Below, in pieces: positions 9,227-18,558 of a DNA stretch of 64,000 bases (within the stretch, counting starts at the first letter, position 1; every line of letters begins with the position of its first letter). This stretch comes from a plasmid, in sequence record NZ_CP123987.1; one strand, 5' to 3'. Under the pieces are notes generated by a model. That model was not told the DNA's origin. It was given only the letters and a program-made list of their open reading frames with translations, and ran no database searches. The position numbers were made by a program, and so were the translations under genes.

Positions 9227-11146
9227 TTGGAGGGAAAAAGTATGCAACGATATATATTAAGCAAGAAAAATGTTATCACCGTCATCAGTGGCTTGTTAAT
9301 CGCACTCGGTTTCTTCAGTCACTTTGTTTTAGAAAACGTAGGACTTTCAGAGTGGTCTTTGATCATTGCCTCTGTCTTTGGGATTACGCCAATTGCCATT
9401 CAAGCATTTCAAGCAATGAAAGTCAAAGTCATCAGTATTGATGTCTTAGTCAGTATTGCAGCGATTGGTGCGCTTTTTATTCAAGATTATGAAGAATCGG
9501 CTATTGTCACGTTCTTATTCTTATTCGGACACTACTTGGAACAACGAACATTGAACCAAACGCGATCTGCTATCAAAGAATTGACTGAAATGGCACCCGA
9601 AAGCGCCTTGAAACAAATGGATAATGGCAAATTTGAAGAAGTAGAAGTGGATGATGTAGATGAAGGGGATATCTTGCTCGTTAAAACGGGTGCGAAAGTT
9701 CCAGTAGATGGCACAGTCCTTACGGGCGAAGGGCATATCAATGAAGCTAGCATTACAGGGGAAGCTGTTCCGGTCAACAAGCTAGCTGATGCAGAAGTTT
9801 TTGCAGGAACCATTTTAGAAAACGGAACGATTCAAATCAGAGCTGACCGAGTTGGTGAGGACACCACATTTGGAAAAATTATTGAACTCGTGGAAGAAGC
9901 ACAAGATTCTAAATCCGAAGCGGAACGGTTCATTGATCGCTTTTCTAAATACTATACACCAGCTGTCTTGGTTCTGGCAATTGTTGTATGGGCGTTCAGT
10001 CAAAATATTGAGTTAGCAATCACCATCTTGGTTCTAGGTTGCCCAGGCGCATTAGTTATCGGAGTGCCTGTCTCAAACGTTGCCGGTATCGGGAATGGTG
10101 CTCGTAACGGTGTTCTTTTAAAAGGGAGTGAAGTCATTCAAGACTTCAGCAATGTGGATACAATTGTATTTGATAAGACAGGTACTTTAACTGTCGGAAA
10201 CCCAACCGTTGCAGCGACTGAACTGTATGAAAAAGATTCTGCTGAAACGCTTGGCTATCTGGCCAGTGTGGAACGGGAATCAGATCATCCATTAGCAAAA
10301 GCAGTCTTAAACCAAATTGGAGAAACAAATTTTTATCCTGTTGAAGGAACTGAAGTCGTGAAAGGCGGCGGAATCGTTTCAAGCGTAGCTGGACATAGAG
10401 TGGCTGTTGGGAATGTGGCCTTGATGGAAAAAGAAAATGTCACTCTCAGCAAAAAAGTGCAAAAAGATGTCAAACGGTTTGAACAACAAGGGAACTCTCT
10501 CGTTTTGACAGCGGTCGATGGTGAATTAAAAGTACTGATGGGCATTCGCGATCAAGTCCGTCCGGGTGTGAAAGCTAATTTGCAGGAATTAAAAGACTTG
10601 GGCGTGAAAAATCTAGTCGTTCTTTCAGGAGATAACCAAGGAACCGTTGATGTGGTCGCCGGCGAACTTGGTTTGACCGAAGCTCACGGCCACATGTTGC
10701 CGGAAGACAAAGCGGCTTATATCGGAAAACTACAACAACGTGGTCAAATTGTAGCCTTTGTTGGAGATGGCGTTAACGATAGTCCGTCCTTAGCTTTAGC
10801 AGACATTGGAATCGCAATGGGAAGCGGAACGGACGTAGCGATTGAAACATCCGATGTCGTTTTAATGAACTCGAACTTCAGCAACTTGCCTCACGCATTA
10901 GGATTAGTAAAAGCCACCGTAAATAATATGAAACAAAATATCGTGATTTCAATTGGAGTAGTGTTGGTCTTGTTGACCAGCGTCTTCTTCAGCGAATGGA
11001 TGAATATGTCTATCGGAATGTTGGTTCATGAAGGTAGTATCTTGGTGGTAATTTTCAATGGCATGAGATTAACGAAGTATAAGTTGAAAGGTCGAAAAGA
11101 ACAAAAAGAAGTATCAACACCTGCAGAGAAAGTAAAAATATCTTAA
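9227..11146 (+). CDS. heavy-metal-translocating P1B-type ATPase (no N-terminal HMA domain; specificity unclear)
   Basis: 639 aa; DKTGTLT phosphorylation motif, GDGVNDSPSLA, TGES-like actuator region, CPG in TM6; GC-richer than surroundings. Confidence 0.85.
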   Translation: MEGKSMQRYILSKKNVITVISGLLIALGFFSHFVLENVGLSEWSLIIASVFGITPIAIQAFQAMKVKVISIDVLVSIAAIGALFIQDYEESAIVTFLFLFGHYLEQRTLNQTRSAIKELTEMAPESALKQMDNGKFEEVEVDDVDEGDILLVKTGAKVPVDGTVLTGEGHINEASITGEAVPVNKLADAEVFAGTILENGTIQIRADRVGEDTTFGKIIELVEEAQDSKSEAERFIDRFSKYYTPAVLVLAIVVWAFSQNIELAITILVLGCPGALVIGVPVSNVAGIGNGARNGVLLKGSEVIQDFSNVDTIVFDKTGTLTVGNPTVAATELYEKDSAETLGYLASVERESDHPLAKAVLNQIGETNFYPVEGTEVVKGGGIVSSVAGHRVAVGNVALMEKENVTLSKKVQKDVKRFEQQGNSLVLTAVDGELKVLMGIRDQVRPGVKANLQELKDLGVKNLVVLSGDNQGTVDVVAGELGLTEAHGHMLPEDKAAYIGKLQQRGQIVAFVGDGVNDSPSLALADIGIAMGSGTDVAIETSDVVLMNSNFSNLPHALGLVKATVNNMKQNIVISIGVVLVLLTSVFFSEWMNMSIGMLVHEGSILVVIFNGMRLTKYKLKGRKEQKEVSTPAEKVKIS

Positions 11147-11238
11147 GAATAAATTAGAGGATGAACATAGGCACTGATTGTCCCTTATTCAAAAAATAGT
11201 TTTTTGCGTATTGGGAAAAGTCTTTAATGGGGTCAGAA

Positions 11239-11310
11239 ACTTAAAGGAAAATGGCATTATTTGTATCGAGCCATCGATGCAGATGGTTTAACCTTGGATA
11301 TTTGAAGGTA
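11239..11310 (+). pseudogene. IS6-family transposase internal fragment, inverted relative to the 7744..8547 copy
   Basis: translates to KGKWHYLYRAIDADGLTLDI, identical to the segment in the upstream IS6 copy; truncated where the IS3 element begins. Confidence 0.6.
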
Positions 11311-11385
11311 GAATAAAATTGGGACAAGTTAAATGTGATAGAATCATGTATAATAATTAAATAATTTTATTGAGGAGGACATTAT

Positions 11386-11667
11386 ATGCCCAAGAAAACA
11401 TATACTGATGAATTTAAAACAGATGCCGTAAACTATTATTATGATAGTGGACTTTCTATTAATACCACTGCTAAAAAACTAGGAGTAAGCATCAGTGCAT
11501 TAAGAAAATGGATTAAATTATCAAAAAAAGATGGATCAGTGATAACTAGAGGAAGTGGAAATTATTCTAGCGATAAAGATAAAGAGATTGTAAGATTAAA
11601 AAGACAATTAAGAGACGCAGAAGGAGCGATTGAAGTACTAAAAAAAGCAATAAGCATTCTGGGATAG
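11386..11667 (+). CDS. IS3-family transposase OrfA (HTH)
   Basis: 93 aa; HTH then leucine-zipper-like C-terminus typical of IS3 OrfA. Confidence 0.8.
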   Translation: MPKKTYTDEFKTDAVNYYYDSGLSINTTAKKLGVSISALRKWIKLSKKDGSVITRGSGNYSSDKDKEIVRLKRQLRDAEGAIEVLKKAISILG

Positions 11668-12569
11668 TAACAACGGAAGAAATTTATAAGAATATAAAAG
11701 AAGTAAGTGAAAATTCTAAACAAAAGCCTACTGTAGCTGGAATGCTTAAACGTATAGGATTATCAAAATCAGGATATTATAGACATAAGTCTAAAGGATT
11801 GAGTAAATCAAAAGAACGTCAGCTAAAAATCAAGGATCTTATCATGGAAATATGGGAAGAAAGTCAGCACCTTTATGGTGCACCCAAAATTACAGCTAAA
11901 CTAAGAAAAATGGGCATACAAATTTCTGAACGTACTGTTGGAAAATATATGAAAGAACTAAAAATACGTGCAAAGTACTGTAAACCCTTTACTGTAACTA
12001 CTAGAGATTCCAACCTTAATAATAAATTGAAAAACACCCTAGATGAACAATTTAATCCTGAAGCACCTGATACGATTTGGTGCATTGATACAACTTATAT
12101 TCCAACTAAAGAAGGATTTGTATATCTAACTAGTATCATGGATTTGTTTTCACGGCGTATAATTTCTTGGGATTTATCAACTACATTGGAGACCACAAAT
12201 ATAATATCTCTTATAAATAAAGTGAAAGCTACTCGTAAGAGTAATCCAAAAATTATTCATAGTGATAGAGGTAGTCAATTCACCTCTAAAGAGTATTGCG
12301 AAATAACAGCTGGAATAACAAGAAGTTATTCAAAGAAAGCTTATCCGTGGGATAATGCTTGTATTGAGTCTTTTCACGCTATAATTAAGCGTGAATGCTT
12401 AAATGAATATAATATCAGTTCATATAATAAAGCTAGACGATTAGTATTTTCATATATAGATGGTTTTTATAATACGGTGAGAATTCATAGCCATTGTGGC
12501 TACATATCACCATTAGAATTTGAACAGACATACTTTGATAAAGTACAAAAAGTAAATAAAGCAGCTTAA
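11634..12569 (+). CDS. IS3-family transposase OrfB (DDE integrase), made as OrfAB fusion by -1 frameshift
   Basis: reading frame opens at 11634 overlapping orfA; A6G slippery motif; DDE core (WCIDTTYI, HSDRGSQFTS, ESFHAIIKRE). Confidence 0.8.
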   Translation, partial: STKKSNKHSGIVTTEEIYKNIKEVSENSKQKPTVAGMLKRIGLSKSGYYRHKSKGLSKSKERQLKIKDLIMEIWEESQHLYGAPKITAKLRKMGIQISERTVGKYMKELKIRAKYCKPFTVTTRDSNLNNKLKNTLDEQFNPEAPDTIWCIDTTYIPTKEGFVYLTSIMDLFSRRIISWDLSTTLETTNIISLINKVKATRKSNPKIIHSDRGSQFTSKEYCEITAGITRSYSKKAYPWDNACIESFHAIIKRECLNEYNISSYNKARRLVFSYIDGFYNTVRIHSHCGYISPLEFEQTYFDKVQKVNKAA

Positions 12570-13007
12570 AAGATGATGATTTAAGATTATTTTCCTTGCC
12601 AACAAAGGATTAGAATCATTATTTTTGTCAAGGGTTTCCCGTATGGGCTTGCCCTTGATAGAAATAATGATTCTAATAAAATTTTTATAAGGAAAATTAT
12701 CTTTGTTCTATTTAACTTATCCATTTTCTTGACATAGTACCATGGCGAAATAGGTATGGAATTGATAATGCAAAATTTGGAAAAATTATATAATGGCTAC
12801 TTCACGCTTAACTTACCTTCGATAAAATAAAAAAACAATAAGCAATTTTCGAATATTGAAAATCACTTATTGTTTTTCAGGAAGATAGGTATTTTGTCCC
12901 ATCCTCTAGGACTTACATCCATTTGTAATAAAAAAGGCTAAAAAATGCCACTAGATCAATAGTTTTGATAACTATGATTTAGTGGTATTTTTGTACTAAT
13001 AATTCAA

Positions 13008-14270
13008 TTATTTAACATCAAATTTACGACTACGTTGAATAAGTAGAAGTGTTACAACAACAGTGATGATAGTATCGACTGCTGTAATCCAGAATACACT
13101 TAGTACACTTGCTGCAGTGTCACTAATTACGAAACTGGATAACAAAGGTCCTAAGAAGTATGTCAAGGAAGCCATGAAACTATAGTAACTTGTCAACTTA
13201 CCATGACCAGTAGGAAAGTAACTTGTTAATACAGATAGACCAACTTGCCAGATACCACCAGCACCGAAGAAACCAACTGCGATACTACCGATACGTGCAG
13301 TCATTAGAGATGGTGAAAGTACCATCAATAATAAGCCAAGTGCTGATAATGTTGAGTAAAGTAAGATTAAAGTTAAACGCTTAACTTTTGTAACAACAAT
13401 AGCAGTCACAAAAACAGAAATCATAGATGACATTGCGTACCAAGATAATAGAGTTTTAGCAGTTGCAGGTGCAACACCTAATACGTTGATTCCAAAGTTT
13501 GGAATATATTGTGAGAATACGTAGAAAGTGAAACAAATTGTAAAACCTAGAGCGATGATTAGGGAACCATCAATTGCCATTTTTGGTTGGTTAGCTGATG
13601 AAACAGTTGTTGTTTCTTGCTTAACTTCAGCCTTTGGTTCAGTCTTTTTGCTTTCATCATGAGGAGCAAATGGTGTCCACATAACAAGTAAAATATCTAA
13701 GAATAATGCGACAGCTAAAATAATTGCAGTTAATCTAGCATTTGAAACAGAAGCTACCCAGAATGGGAACAAGAATTGACACAATGACATAGCAGCTTTA
13801 ACCAATGAATTCATTGTAGCTGATTTTTCTGGGAAAGCATCTGTTAAGGCTGGGTAACAAGCTGAATCACCAAAGGAGTTAGTAACACCAAAGAATAAAG
13901 CAGCAACACAAGCCATAAAGAGATTATGAGCAAATGCAGCACCTAATAAGAAAATAATATCGGAAGTGATTGCGATAATCATGGTTTTTTTACGGCCAAT
14001 TTTATCTGAAATAACACCGGCAAATAAGATTGTTAAGATACGGCCGATACCAACAACTGAAAGTACAGTTGAGATACCTTTAACATCAGTATTCCACGCT
14101 TTTTGGAAATAAGAACTGTATTGTGAAATGATGATTGTTGCCATACCAACTAAAGCAAAGTTGATATAAACACTGGCAGCGACGCCAGCATAATTTTGTT
14201 TTTTCATGACTTTCCACCCACCTAATTGTGATTTTTTTATCAATCTATTTACATTTTTAATATAAGTCAT
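13008..14270 (-). CDS. MFS transporter (candidate quinate/shikimate or aromatic acid permease)
   Basis: 420 aa, 12 predicted TM, MFS loop motif DKIGRKKT; paralogous to the divergently oriented neighbour. Confidence 0.75.
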   Translation of the reverse strand: MTYIKNVNRLIKKSQLGGWKVMKKQNYAGVAASVYINFALVGMATIIISQYSSYFQKAWNTDVKGISTVLSVVGIGRILTILFAGVISDKIGRKKTMIIAITSDIIFLLGAAFAHNLFMACVAALFFGVTNSFGDSACYPALTDAFPEKSATMNSLVKAAMSLCQFLFPFWVASVSNARLTAIILAVALFLDILLVMWTPFAPHDESKKTEPKAEVKQETTTVSSANQPKMAIDGSLIIALGFTICFTFYVFSQYIPNFGINVLGVAPATAKTLLSWYAMSSMISVFVTAIVVTKVKRLTLILLYSTLSALGLLLMVLSPSLMTARIGSIAVGFFGAGGIWQVGLSVLTSYFPTGHGKLTSYYSFMASLTYFLGPLLSSFVISDTAASVLSVFWITAVDTIITVVVTLLLIQRSRKFDVK

Positions 14271-14519
14271 CTATTGAGTATTGTCTAATTGATATATTTT
14301 AAGTTAATCATATAAATATTCTATAGGATCTAATTATTTATAAATGCTTTAGTAACCGTAACCAATATTAATTTTATAGCATATAAAATATAAAATAATT
14401 ATACATATAGATAAAATTGAAAATTAAAATAAATAAAGTCTATTGGAATTTTTTAAAAATAATAGATAAAATTAACGTGTAATAAATGTGAAAAAGATAA
14501 CAAGTTAGGAGGGGACGGA

Positions 14520-15740
14520 ATGGAATTCCCTATTATGTGTAAGAAAAATCAATCTAAAGCTAAAAGATCAGTATTAGCCTTCTATGTATACTTTAATTAT
14601 TTCGTCTGGGGATCATCAATCATTCTGGTTTCTCAATTCCATAGTTGGTTCATGGAATTATGGCATACAGATCTAAAAGGAATTTCAATTGTTATTTCTA
14701 TGTTAGGTTTAGGACATTTGATTACTGTTTTATTAGCGGGTTGGTTTTCGGATAAATTTGGTAGAAAAAATACTATAATTATCGGAACAATTTCCAACAT
14801 CATATTTTTGATAGGTTTATTAATAAGTAGAAATATTTGGATGGCGTCAATTTGTAGTTTATTTTTAGGCAATGCCAATTCATTTAATGATTCTGGTAGC
14901 TATCCTTTATTAACGGAAAAATTTCCAGAGAAACCTGCTAGTATGAATGCCTTAGTAAAAGCTTCAATGTCATTATCGCAAACGATCTTACCGTTAGTAA
15001 TTGCAGCAGTACACAGTGCATACATCATTATTCCAGCTATGGCAGTGATGCCAGGATTACTTCTATTAAAAGTAAGTGTAACTAATTTTGGTAAAAATGG
15101 ATCAATAGTTAAAGAAACAGTTAGTGAACAAAAAGAAATCTTGGAAACTTCTACAAATAAGCCTTCTGTTTTGATTGATGGGGTAGGAATGGTAATATTA
15201 GGATTTACTTTATCATTTATATTTTATATGTACTCACAATATGCACCAGTATTTGCAGAAAAAGTTATTGGATCAACACCAGTTTTTTCTAAAACGTTGA
15301 TTTCATGGTATGCTATTTCTTCTTTAATCTCGGTATTTATCACATCGACTGTAGTTAGAAAGGTACATCCATTTAAAGTGTTATTGACATATTCAATTGT
15401 TGCTGCAGCGATGTTAGCTGTGATGGTTGTTCATCCAACTCCAACAATTGCACGTTTGACAAGTATAGCAATTGGTTTCTTTGCGGCAGGCGGTATTTGG
15501 CAAGTTGGTCTAACAATTTTATCTCGTTATTTTCCACGAGAAAAAGGGAGAGTTACAGGATACTATAGTTTTGCGGCTGCTTTAACATATTTTGTGGGTC
15601 CGATTGTGTCTACCTTTATCCTAGATGATACAGCAGCCAGTTTAGTTCATGTATTTGTTTTAGATGTAGCTGTCTCAGTGTTAGGGATAATCGTAATGAT
15701 AATTTTAGCAGTACGTTGCTTCAAGTATAAATTCATCTAA
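14520..15740 (+). CDS. MFS transporter, paralog of 13008..14270
   Basis: 406 aa; clear paralogy to the neighbour (WHTDLKGISIVISMLGLGHLITVLLAGWFSDKFGRKNT vs WNTDVKGISTVLSVVGIGRILTILFAGVISDKIGRKKT). Confidence 0.75.
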   Translation: MEFPIMCKKNQSKAKRSVLAFYVYFNYFVWGSSIILVSQFHSWFMELWHTDLKGISIVISMLGLGHLITVLLAGWFSDKFGRKNTIIIGTISNIIFLIGLLISRNIWMASICSLFLGNANSFNDSGSYPLLTEKFPEKPASMNALVKASMSLSQTILPLVIAAVHSAYIIIPAMAVMPGLLLLKVSVTNFGKNGSIVKETVSEQKEILETSTNKPSVLIDGVGMVILGFTLSFIFYMYSQYAPVFAEKVIGSTPVFSKTLISWYAISSLISVFITSTVVRKVHPFKVLLTYSIVAAAMLAVMVVHPTPTIARLTSIAIGFFAAGGIWQVGLTILSRYFPREKGRVTGYYSFAAALTYFVGPIVSTFILDDTAASLVHVFVLDVAVSVLGIIVMIILAVRCFKYKFI

Positions 15741-15791
15741 AAAAAGAATCACTAGAACGAATTAATTAAAATTCAATTCTAGTGATTTTTA

Positions 15792-16706
15792 TTATTTTCC
15801 AGCATCGGAATTTTGTTTAATAAAATTGATGAAATCTAAAGCAGCTGGAGATTGGTAATGACGCTTAAGAGTAGCCATGTAGATGAAGCGATGCCATTTA
15901 GGAAACTCAATTGGGATTTGTTTAACATCTAATGTTCTAAGAATTGGCATTTCTGGGACAATTCCTACACCAAAGTTAGCCGCAACCATACCAGCTACGG
16001 TTTCATCTTCGTCAACTTCGAAGACACTATCAGGGGTGCCACCGCAAATTGAAAATAGTTGTTCAGTTTCCGCACATAAACCAGTATTAGAAGAATAAGT
16101 AATATATTTAAAATCTAAAGTATCTTTCAAATTAATTTTATTTTTATTAGCTAAGGGATGATCTAGTGGAGTTATGAATTTTAATTTTTGTTCATATACA
16201 GGGAAATAATCAACATCATCCAAGTTATCAATCTTTGAACAGAATGCAACGTCTACTTTTTCTTCTCTTAATTCATCTAAGATTGAGTGTGAAAAACCGA
16301 TACCACTTTCAAATTCAAAGGAAGGTTGTTTTTCTTCAGGAATATCATCTAAAAATTTTCGAATAGTAGTTGGTAACCAGTGAGAACTAATAGAACGTAG
16401 CATTGAAATTTTAATAACTTCTTTGTTATTTTCGGATTTCTTGGCTCTTTCAATAGCACGATTGAGTGATTCGATAGCAGCTAAGCTTTCTTCAACAAAG
16501 ATTTTCCCACTACGAGTTAACTTAATGTTTCGACCGGATTTTTCGAATAATTTGATATTAACTTGACTCTCTAAGGAACTAATCGCGTAACTTAAAGAAG
16601 GTTGTGTAATATGTAACATTTCAGCAGCCTGTGTATAATTCTCAGTCTGAGCTAAGACATGAAGATATTGTAATTGTTGTAAATTCATAAAAGGCCCTCT
16701 TTTCAA
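15792..16706 (-). CDS. LysR-family transcriptional regulator, divergent from the hydroaromatic operon
   Basis: 304 aa; N-terminal HTH (LQQLQYLHVLAQTENYTQAAEMLHITQPSLS) and LysR substrate-binding domain. Confidence 0.85.
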   Translation of the reverse strand: MKRGPFMNLQQLQYLHVLAQTENYTQAAEMLHITQPSLSYAISSLESQVNIKLFEKSGRNIKLTRSGKIFVEESLAAIESLNRAIERAKKSENNKEVIKISMLRSISSHWLPTTIRKFLDDIPEEKQPSFEFESGIGFSHSILDELREEKVDVAFCSKIDNLDDVDYFPVYEQKLKFITPLDHPLANKNKINLKDTLDFKYITYSSNTGLCAETEQLFSICGGTPDSVFEVDEDETVAGMVAANFGVGIVPEMPILRTLDVKQIPIEFPKWHRFIYMATLKRHYQSPAALDFINFIKQNSDAGK

Positions 16707-16724
16707 TTTTTGATAACGATTGCA

Positions 16725-16790
16725 ACGTATAGAAATATTATATCAATTATAGAAAAAATATCAATTAGACGTATAGAAATTATTGATATA
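16725..16790. promoter_or_regulatory. candidate LysR operator / divergent promoter region
   Basis: two direct copies of acgtatagaaat (16725-16736, 16769-16780) interleaved with atatcaatta, atatcaatta and inverted tattgatat, in the 140-bp gap between the LysR gene and the operon. Confidence 0.4.
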
Positions 16791-16846
16791 TATTAAAAGT
16801 GTAAAAATTAATTAAATAAATCACAAACTCTGGGGAGGGTTTTATT

Positions 16847-17683
16847 ATGAGTAAGAAAAATCCTATTACTATAAGTTCTTGGACATTGGGAGACAAGTGT
16901 ACATTTGAACAACGCTGTAAAGCTGCTGCTGAAGCTGGCTATGATGGTATCGGTTTAAGAGCCGAAACATATGTAGATGCTTTAAATGAAGGGCTTACAG
17001 ATAAAGATATTATAGATATTTTAAATAAATACAATATTACTTGTACAGAAGTAGAATACATCGTTCAATGGTGCGAAGAACCTCGCTCATATGAACAAAA
17101 GTATAAGGAACAAATGTGCTTCCATATGTGTGAACTATTTGGTGTAAAGCATATTAATACAGGTTTAATGGAAGATTATCCTGTAGACTATACCGCACAA
17201 AAACTTAGAGAGTTATGTGATAGAGCCGGAGATTTAATTATTGCCCTTGAACCAATGCCATATAGTGGTTTACCAAACTTAGATAAGACATGGAAAGTAT
17301 TGCAAAAAGCTGATTGTGATAACGCAATGATGCTATTGGATACATGGCACTGGGTTCGTGCTAACCAACCATATGACTTATTGACAAAAGAACAAGCTAA
17401 GAAAGTTATTTCTATCCAAATTGATGATGCTTATGAAAGACCATATGCAGATTCAATCTTGAGAGACGAATCAATGCATGATCGTTTAGCTCCAGGTGTG
17501 GGACAAGCTGACACAGTAGCATTCTTAAAGATGATCAAGGAAGCAGGTATCGATCCAAAAGTTGTTGGGGTTGAAGTTATTTCTGATAACTATATGTCCA
17601 AAGGTATTGATTGGGTAGCTGATTATACTTATAAGAATACAGAAAAAGTTTTGAAAGAAGCTTGGCCAGAAATTTTAGACTAA
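16847..17683 (+). CDS. xylose-isomerase-like TIM-barrel (sugar phosphate isomerase/epimerase fold) protein; putative 3-dehydroshikimate dehydratase
   Basis: 278 aa; this fold is used by AsbF/QuiC-type dehydroshikimate dehydratases; operon context with aroE-like and aroD genes. Confidence 0.5.
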   Translation: MSKKNPITISSWTLGDKCTFEQRCKAAAEAGYDGIGLRAETYVDALNEGLTDKDIIDILNKYNITCTEVEYIVQWCEEPRSYEQKYKEQMCFHMCELFGVKHINTGLMEDYPVDYTAQKLRELCDRAGDLIIALEPMPYSGLPNLDKTWKVLQKADCDNAMMLLDTWHWVRANQPYDLLTKEQAKKVISIQIDDAYERPYADSILRDESMHDRLAPGVGQADTVAFLKMIKEAGIDPKVVGVEVISDNYMSKGIDWVADYTYKNTEKVLKEAWPEILD

Positions 17684-17711
17684 TTGAATTGAAGAAAAGA
17701 GGTTAATATTT

Positions 17712-18539
17712 ATGACTGAATGGTTAGGATTAAGAGATAAAGTTGTTGTAATTACAGGTGCTGCTGGTGGTATGGGAACAAAGTTTTCTCATGACTTTGC
17801 TGAACAAGGCGCTAAATTAGTATTGATGGATATCGCTGAAGAACGTGTTGAAAAATTAAGTAAAGAATTAGCTGATGAATTTAAAGTAGAAACACTTGCA
17901 GTTGTATGTAATTCTACAGATGAACATGATGTAGATGAAGCTGTAAAGAAGGTAGTTGATAAATTTGGTCGTGTTGACGTATTGGTTAACACAGCAGCAA
18001 TTCTTCGTTTCTCACCATTAGAAGATTTAACATTTGATGAATGGAAACAACAAATTAATATTAACATTAATGGTTATTTCTTAACTTCTCAACGATTTGG
18101 TCGTCAAATGATTAAACAAAAGAAAGGTACAATGGTTCATATTTCAACAGTTGCTTCTCATTTCCCAGAAACATACTCTGGTGCATATAGTACAACCAAA
18201 GCTGCTGTAAACATGATTTCTAAACAAATAGCAGCCGAATGGGGACAATTTGGTGTACGTAGTAACTGTGTACTTCCTTGCTTAGTTAAGACTCCATTAT
18301 CAAAAGACTTCTACAAAGATAAGGAAGTTGAAGATGGACGTAGTCGTTTAGTAGCAAGCAAGCGTATTGGTGAATTAAAGGATATTTCTAATACTGTACT
18401 ATTCTTAGCAAGTGATCGTTCAGATTATACAAATGGTGATGAAATCAATGTTGATGGTGGTATCGGTATTATGATGCAAGATATGATTCCAAAGCCAGGT
18501 GGACGTCGTCAATATGCAATTGACCACCACAAGAAGTAA
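17712..18539 (+). CDS. short-chain dehydrogenase/reductase (SDR)
   Basis: 275 aa; TGAAGGMG Rossmann motif and YSTTK catalytic YxxxK. Confidence 0.8.
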   Translation: MTEWLGLRDKVVVITGAAGGMGTKFSHDFAEQGAKLVLMDIAEERVEKLSKELADEFKVETLAVVCNSTDEHDVDEAVKKVVDKFGRVDVLVNTAAILRFSPLEDLTFDEWKQQINININGYFLTSQRFGRQMIKQKKGTMVHISTVASHFPETYSGAYSTTKAAVNMISKQIAAEWGQFGVRSNCVLPCLVKTPLSKDFYKDKEVEDGRSRLVASKRIGELKDISNTVLFLASDRSDYTNGDEINVDGGIGIMMQDMIPKPGGRRQYAIDHHKK

Positions 18540-18558
18540 TTTAGTGGAGTGAAAAAAT

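Larger units (their letters stand above)
11316..12680 (+). mobile_element. IS3-family insertion sequence (orfA/orfB with A6G frameshift site); ends approximate
   Basis: orfA plus orfB arrangement; slippery A AAA AAG at 11641-11647 in the orfA/orfB overlap; long imperfect palindrome 12597-12678 near the right end. Confidence 0.6.

Noticed and set aside
9521-10545. Several minus-strand ORFs (9521..9736, 9532..9813, 9815..10003, 10146..10382, 10333..10545) inside the P-type ATPase gene
   Set aside because: Antisense shadow ORFs within a strongly supported CDS; Ser/Thr/Pro-rich nonsense translations
14633-14878. Minus-strand 81-aa ORF inside MFS gene; likewise 15883..16098 (+) in LysR, 17789..18067 (-) in SDR, 18975..19157 (-) in flavoprotein, 40167..40466 (+) in pflB, 44602..44826 (+) in sufS, 46431..46871 (+) in sufC, 48328..48540 (+) in oppA, 56725..56928 (+) in nisT, 61720..61968 (+) in permease
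   Set aside because: All are opposite-strand ORFs embedded in well-supported genes
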